Below, one piece after another: positions 58,340 through 64,000 of a stretch of 64,000 nucleotides of DNA; within the stretch, counting starts at the first letter, position 1, and the number at the start of each line of letters is the position of its first letter. The notes under the pieces were generated by a model. The model had not been told where the DNA came from and searched no databases. It saw nothing but the letters and a program-made list of their open reading frames with translations. Source of the stretch: Felis catus (taxonomy: Eukaryota); the NCBI RefSeq assembly GCF_018350175.1, contig NC_058368.1:144028001-144092000 (forward strand). Direction: 5' to 3'. A program made the translations under genes and the position numbers.

Positions 58340-60080
58340 TGCAGGTTTCAGACTGGCCACTGGGTGGAGCACGATCAGGGCAGATTAGAACCGCACCATA
58401 ATGGTATTGAAAACTAAATTATCATTGGAACCACAACCCACATACAGCTGTCCAGGATATGTGGCCTGAACTAACAGGATGGGCTACAAGCTAAAACAAA
58501 CCAAACAAAAACAAAAACATTCTTCTGAAGACTTGAACAGGACTGAGAGTTTCATAATATTCAATATATGTAGAAAATAATCCAAAGAACATGTAAAACA
58601 TTAGGGAGATCTAAACAACTCTAAAGGGAAAAGACAATGAACAATAGCCAATTCTGGGGTTAGTCTAATTTTGGAATTATCAGAAAAAGACAACATGTTA
58701 TTTTAATCATGTTCCACAAAGCAAGGGCAAACACTATTGAAATTAATGGAAAGGTAGAAGTCTTCACCAAAGAAAGAGAAGCTATAAAAAGAACCAAATT
58801 GAAATTTTATAAGTGAAAAATACAAATAACAAAAAATTTACTAGGGGGTTTTAATAGAATAGAGACAACCAAGGGAAGCATCAGCAAATTTAAAGATACA
58901 TCAGTAGAAATTATCCAGCCTAAATGACAAAGGGAAAAAAAGGCTTTGAGACTTATGAGAAAATATCAAAAGGCCTAATATTCATGTTATAGGAGTTGCA
59001 AAAGAAGAAGAGAAAAGACTGGAAGAAAAAACATTTGAAGAAATAATGGCTGGGGTGCCTGGGTGGCTCAGTCAGTTAAGCGTCTGACTCTTGGTTTCAG
59101 CTCAGGTCATGATCTCATGGTTCATGAGTTTGAGTCCAGCATCAGGCTCTGTGCTGAAAGTGTGGAGCCTGCTTGGGATTCTCTCTCCCTCTCTCTCTGC
59201 CCCTCCCCACCTCTCAAAAATAAATAAACATTAAAAAAAAAAAAAGGATGACTGAAAATTTCCAAAATGTGGTGAAAGACATAAATTTATATACATTTAC
59301 CTAAAATTATATTTACAGCAGTTCTACTGGCATAGAAAATGCTAAAAAGTTAAAAACCACACCCAGGCACATCATAACCAAACTGATGAAGTAAACATAA
59401 AGATCTTGGAAAGAGCCAGAGGAAAAGGACACTGCACATTTTTTGGAGAACAAAGATTTGAATTATGTTGTATTTCTTACCAGAAACCAGAGAAAGTGGA
59501 ACATCACTTGTAGAGTGCTTTAAAAAAACAAAGCAAAAACAATTATCAACCCAGAATCCTTTAGCTAGTAAATATATCCTTCAGGAATCAGAGTGAAATA
59601 AAGACATTTTCAGAAAGAGAAAAATGTAAGATAATTCACTACCAGAACTTCTGTAAAAGAAATGGTAATGAAAATTTATAGGGAAGGGAAATGATAGAAA
59701 AGGGAACTCTGGAATGCCATGAAAGAAGGAAAAACAACAGAAATGGTAATATTTAATAAATAGAAAGGACTATTTCTTCACCTTTTAAGTTTGCTAAAAT
59801 ATGTATAACTGCTGAAATAAAAAATATATAACACTGTCTGACAAGATGTTCACCATATATAGATCTAATACATAAGAGAACTACATCCCAATAGGGGGAT
59901 AGTAAAGGGACCTATATGGTAGCAAGGTTTCTATATTTTACTTGAAGTGACAAAAATTCAAAGTAGATTGCAAAAAGTTTGGGATGCAATAATCTCTAGA
60001 GTAATCACTAAACAATATATGCATGGAGATTTACTTTTTAAAAGTCAATATATAAATTAAAATGAAATTGTGTAAAATAA
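58340..60080 (+). mobile_element. Old sense L1 5'/ORF1 remnant (L1M) with a SINE at 59052-59246
   Basis: A-rich ORF1-like text 'aaatatcaaaaggcctaatattcatgttataggag', 'aaatatatccttcaggaat...aaataaagacattttcaga'. Confidence 0.75.
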
Positions 60081-60088
60081 AAAATAAG

Positions 60089-61322
60089 TGGGACACTTGG
60101 ATGGCTCAGTCGGTTAAGCATCTGACTCTTGATTTCGACTCAGGTCATGATCTCATGGTTTGTGAGTAGGAGCCCCACACTGGGATCCATGCTGACAATG
60201 TGGAGCCTGCTTGGGATCCTCTCTCTCTGAGCATCTCCCACTCATGCTTGTGTGAGCACTGTCTCTTTCTCAAAATATCAAAATATGGGGACAAAGACAA
60301 ACTGAACACATTCTGTCAAAATAAGTGTGGTTCCAGAAGCTCTCACTGGGGCTATAGCAGTCAGTCATAGAGAAAGAGAGACACTGAAGCTTTTGCATTC
60401 CCAAATCACTGGGAATAAAAGGTAATGTTCTGAATTGTAAGTGGTTTTAAAAGCTTAGTTCCCATCCTTTGCAATTTAAGTTGAAAACAACTGTAACTAT
60501 AAACTAAAAGGAGGACTTTGTGGACAAGTCAAACTAAGAGCCTGATATTCAGGATAAATTCTAGAAACAAAGTAGAAGTACTCAAAGTTTAGTCTCACAA
60601 TAGTTGACTTAAAGACTAAGAGTCACAGTTAAAATAAATCTGGATATATCCTATCATTATGAATCCGCTTTTCTAAAAGTTTCAGTTTTATTATCCCCGA
60701 TTAATATGCTCACTGTTCTTCTATTATTAAATGGTGGCAACTGTGTAAAAATTAAAACAGATTATTCTGTCTTGAAAGTTCTGTACCACATTGACCTTAA
60801 CCTTCTCTATAATAGTAAAATTTGGTAGATTCTTATTCAGAATCTCTGTACTGTAAGTATATAGTATTTTTCTAATTGTTTTAGGTCATGAAGAAACTAA
60901 ACTCCTTCCCCAAGGAAAAAACACATTTAAACATAAAATTCTGCATAGAATTTAAGGAGATACCATATTTAAAAAACAAACAAAAAAAAAAAAAAACAAC
61001 CCTGACTTCTAAGAGAAATCTGGAAAACAAACTAAAATTAAAGTCTTACCGAAAATAAGATACTACTCTAAGCCACAATTCCTGCCTCATCTCACACTTT
61101 AAAACAAATCTCCTCAGGATATTCACATACCCCATCAAAAGCTATTTTCTTTAAAAACAACACTTTGGCAGCCTTCAGACTCAAAATTATTAATGTTGCC
61201 AGGAGGATGAGCTTGGGTAAAAAAGTAAAAATTTGTAAGTTATTGAAGTATCTGTCTTATAAATTTTTTTTAACATTTATTTTTGAGACAGAGAGAGACA
61301 GAGTATGAACGGAGGAGGGTCC

Positions 61323-61354
<32 letters not shown>

Positions 61355-61486
61355 CAGAATCCGAAACAGGCTCCAGGCTCTGAGCTGTCAGCACAGAGCC
61401 CGACGCGGGGCTCGAACCCACGGACCGCGAGATCATGACCTGAACCGAAGTCAGACACCCAACCGACTGAGCCACCCAGGTGCCCC
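60089..61486. mobile_element. CAN-SINEs at 60089-60275 (+) and 61260-61486 (-)
   Basis: SINE motifs; second has TSD gaagtatctgtcttataaa. Confidence 0.88.
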
Positions 61487-61646
61487 GAAGTATCTGTCTT
61501 ATAAAAGAAGTCCTTCTCACAGGCAGAAGAGCTTTTGGAAACCACTGCCAGGGTGATCATGAGAATCTTTAACACTCCTCTGTGACAATCTGCAGTTGTC
61601 CGTGTCAATTTGACTTGCAAATGATGCCAATCATTTGTATATTTAT

Positions 61647-61710
61647 GTATATATATATATATGTATATTTGTGTATATATATATATATATGTATATATAC
61701 ACACACACAC

Positions 61711-61747
<37 letters not shown>
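61647..61747. repeat. (TA)n-(CA)n compound microsatellite
   Basis: Directly visible. Confidence 0.95.
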
Positions 61748-61749
<2 letters not shown>

Positions 61750-62379
61750 GCTGAGTGGGAAATAACCAAATTCTAAGGCCAGCTACACTCTTACCCAAGA
61801 GTGAGTTATGTATACTCAATCAAAGGTCATGCTCCCCTGATGGCCTCATCTTATTCCGCTCCTCTACTATGTACAACGTCACCACTTCTACCCAGACTGG
61901 GTTACTCAGAACTAACAATACACTATTTATTCCTATTTATTTTTATCATCAAAAGCATCTCTAAACTCTCAGATCAATGCCCATTTGTTACTTTCTAATC
62001 TCATAAGTTTCTATGTATCTGCTATCCTTTCCTCAATGTATCATATACCCTTAACTCGTGAAACCTTTCCTTTGTGCCAAAAAAAGCAATTAGATACATA
62101 TTTGGTATAAAAATTCCCATTCAAAAGTAGAGAAAATAGTATGATGATGCTCCAGGTACTGGTCCTATAACTCAGATTCAACAATTTTCAAGATTTTCCA
62201 CTTTTGCTTCATCTATCCCTTTATTTCCTTGTGGGAGTGTCTTCAACCAAATCTCAGACATCATCATTTCATGCTAAATACTTCAATATGCAGCTCTAAA
62301 AAATGGACAGTGAACAGTAATTTTAATTGAGTCAGTAATTATAAAATATATGAAAATATTGACCTAATACCGTGACCAA

Positions 62380-63295
62380 TAGGTGATAAAAACTTTTGAA
62401 CTGCAACTGATACCATCAAGAAAGTGAAAAAAGCACCTACAAAATGGGAGAAAATATTTGCAAATCATATATGTTAAGGGGCTTGTAGTCAGACTTTATA
62501 AGAAATTTTTATAATTCAACAAAAAACCCCACAAACAACCCTATTAAAAATAAGCAAATGATTTGAATAAACCTTTCTCCAAAGAAAATATATAGTCAAT
62601 AAGCACTTGAAAATATGGTCAACATTATTAATCACTAGGGAAATGCAAGTCAAGACTAAAATGAGACAATACTTCATTTTCCACTTGGATGGCTGCCATT
62701 AAAAAAAATCAACAGATAGCAAATATTGTTGAGAATGTAGATAAATTGGAACCCTCATACATTGCTGGAGGGAATGTAAAATGGAGTAGCTGCTTTGAAA
62801 AACTGGCAGTTCCTCAAAAAGTTAAACATAGAGTTACCGTATAAACCAGTAATTCTACTCCAAGAGAAATACCTTCCACATACTTCCACACAGAATCTAT
62901 CCATGAATGCTTACAGCAGCTTAGTCATTAGTAGCCAGAAAGCAGAAACAACACAAATGTCCATTAACTGATGAATGGACAAGTGTGAAATATACAAACA
63001 GTGCAATTTTTCTAGGTCATGAAGAATAAAGTACTGATGCATGCTCCAATGTGGACGAAGCTTGCAAACATATGCTAAATGAAAGAAGCCAGTCCCAAAG
63101 ACCATTACCTTGTAGGATTCCATTTATATGAAGTGGCCAGCATAGGCAAATCCATAGTAACAACAATAAGATTTATGGTTGCAAAGGGTTGGGGAGGAAA
63201 TGGAAAGCAGCTGCTTTGGGGTGATCAAAATGTTGATTGTGGTGTAGTTGCAAAATTCTATGAGTACGCTGACTTGAACACTTTAAATGTATAAC
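62380..63295 (+). mobile_element. L1MB-like 3' end, sense
   Basis: 'tgggagaaaatatttgcaaatcatat', 'ggaaccctcatacattgctgg', 'gattccatttatatgaa'. Confidence 0.85.
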
Positions 63296-64000
63296 TTTTT
63301 TTTTTTTATCATTAGGGAAATGCAAACCAAATACGAGTCAACCAATTATATATCTCAAAGATCTTTTTTTTTTAAAGACCACTGAAATCATTGAAATTTA
63401 CGGTTTTCTGAAACTCTCGAAATCTTTTTGATTCAGCTAGAGAACATCCAGAGAATACTGAAAGCCTGACTGAAGACAAATTGAAATAATTACAACCCAA
63501 GTGTGAAAAGACTAAAAAGATACAAAAATCTGCAGTGCTGCCATTCGTGTTATGCGTAGGTGATGTGTTGTTATCTTAATTTGACAACTGACTGAGTTGT
63601 ATTAGGGTCACGGGACCCGAAAATGGCAGTGCTATGCTGCTAACTCAGATCAGTCTGACTCTGCCTGAGGTCTTTTTCTAGCTTCAGCGTCGCTGGCGCA
63701 AAGTAGGGAGTTGAGGGCAAAGAAGGCAGTGGGTAAGAGAATACAGTTGTTAGTGTTTCCTGAGTGAACACTAGTACAGAAGAAGAGGGAGACAAAACTT
63801 GCAAGTTCTCACTTCTAAAATCCTTGTGAAGCAACGCTCATTTTTATGGAGAAATGATTCCATGTCATTTTAGGATGGCACTAAAATAAAAAAATATATA
63901 TTTCCAACTTTGAAAAATCGTACCCCATGCAAGTGACTTCTTTCAATCTCGGCGTTTCATCCTCTGCCTTCCTGACGTAAAATTCTTCAGAAGAACAACC

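Overview
Mammalian (carnivore, most likely felid/domestic-cat-type) genomic DNA, judged from abundant tRNA-derived CAN-SINEs including young SINEC_Fc-like copies. The window holds the complete coding sequence of ZFYVE16 (endofin; FYVE-finger endosomal scaffold of the SARA family) on the + strand. I assembled 17 coding exons by hand (11751-49838, all GT-AG introns, 4614 nt = 1537 aa + stop). There is also a probable L2-derived 5' UTR exon near 2.9 kb and a 3' UTR with several AATAAA signals to about 51.7 kb. The promoter and first exon appear to lie upstream of the window. The rest is transposon-rich: more than 50 CAN-SINEs, antisense L1s in introns, sense L1s downstream, ERVL/MaLR LTRs, Tigger and hAT elements, and microsatellites. 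CpG content rises at the right edge, which may be the approach to the next gene's promoter. I see no evidence for a wholly new biological system. The best leads are regulatory: a spliced uORF in the exonized L2 exon, truncating splice or read-through options around the FYVE exon, a candidate in-frame micro-exon, competing stems in the 3' UTR, and unusual retroposon configurations. Repeat subfamily names and human comparisons come from memory of consensus sequences and need a RepeatMasker or BLAST check.
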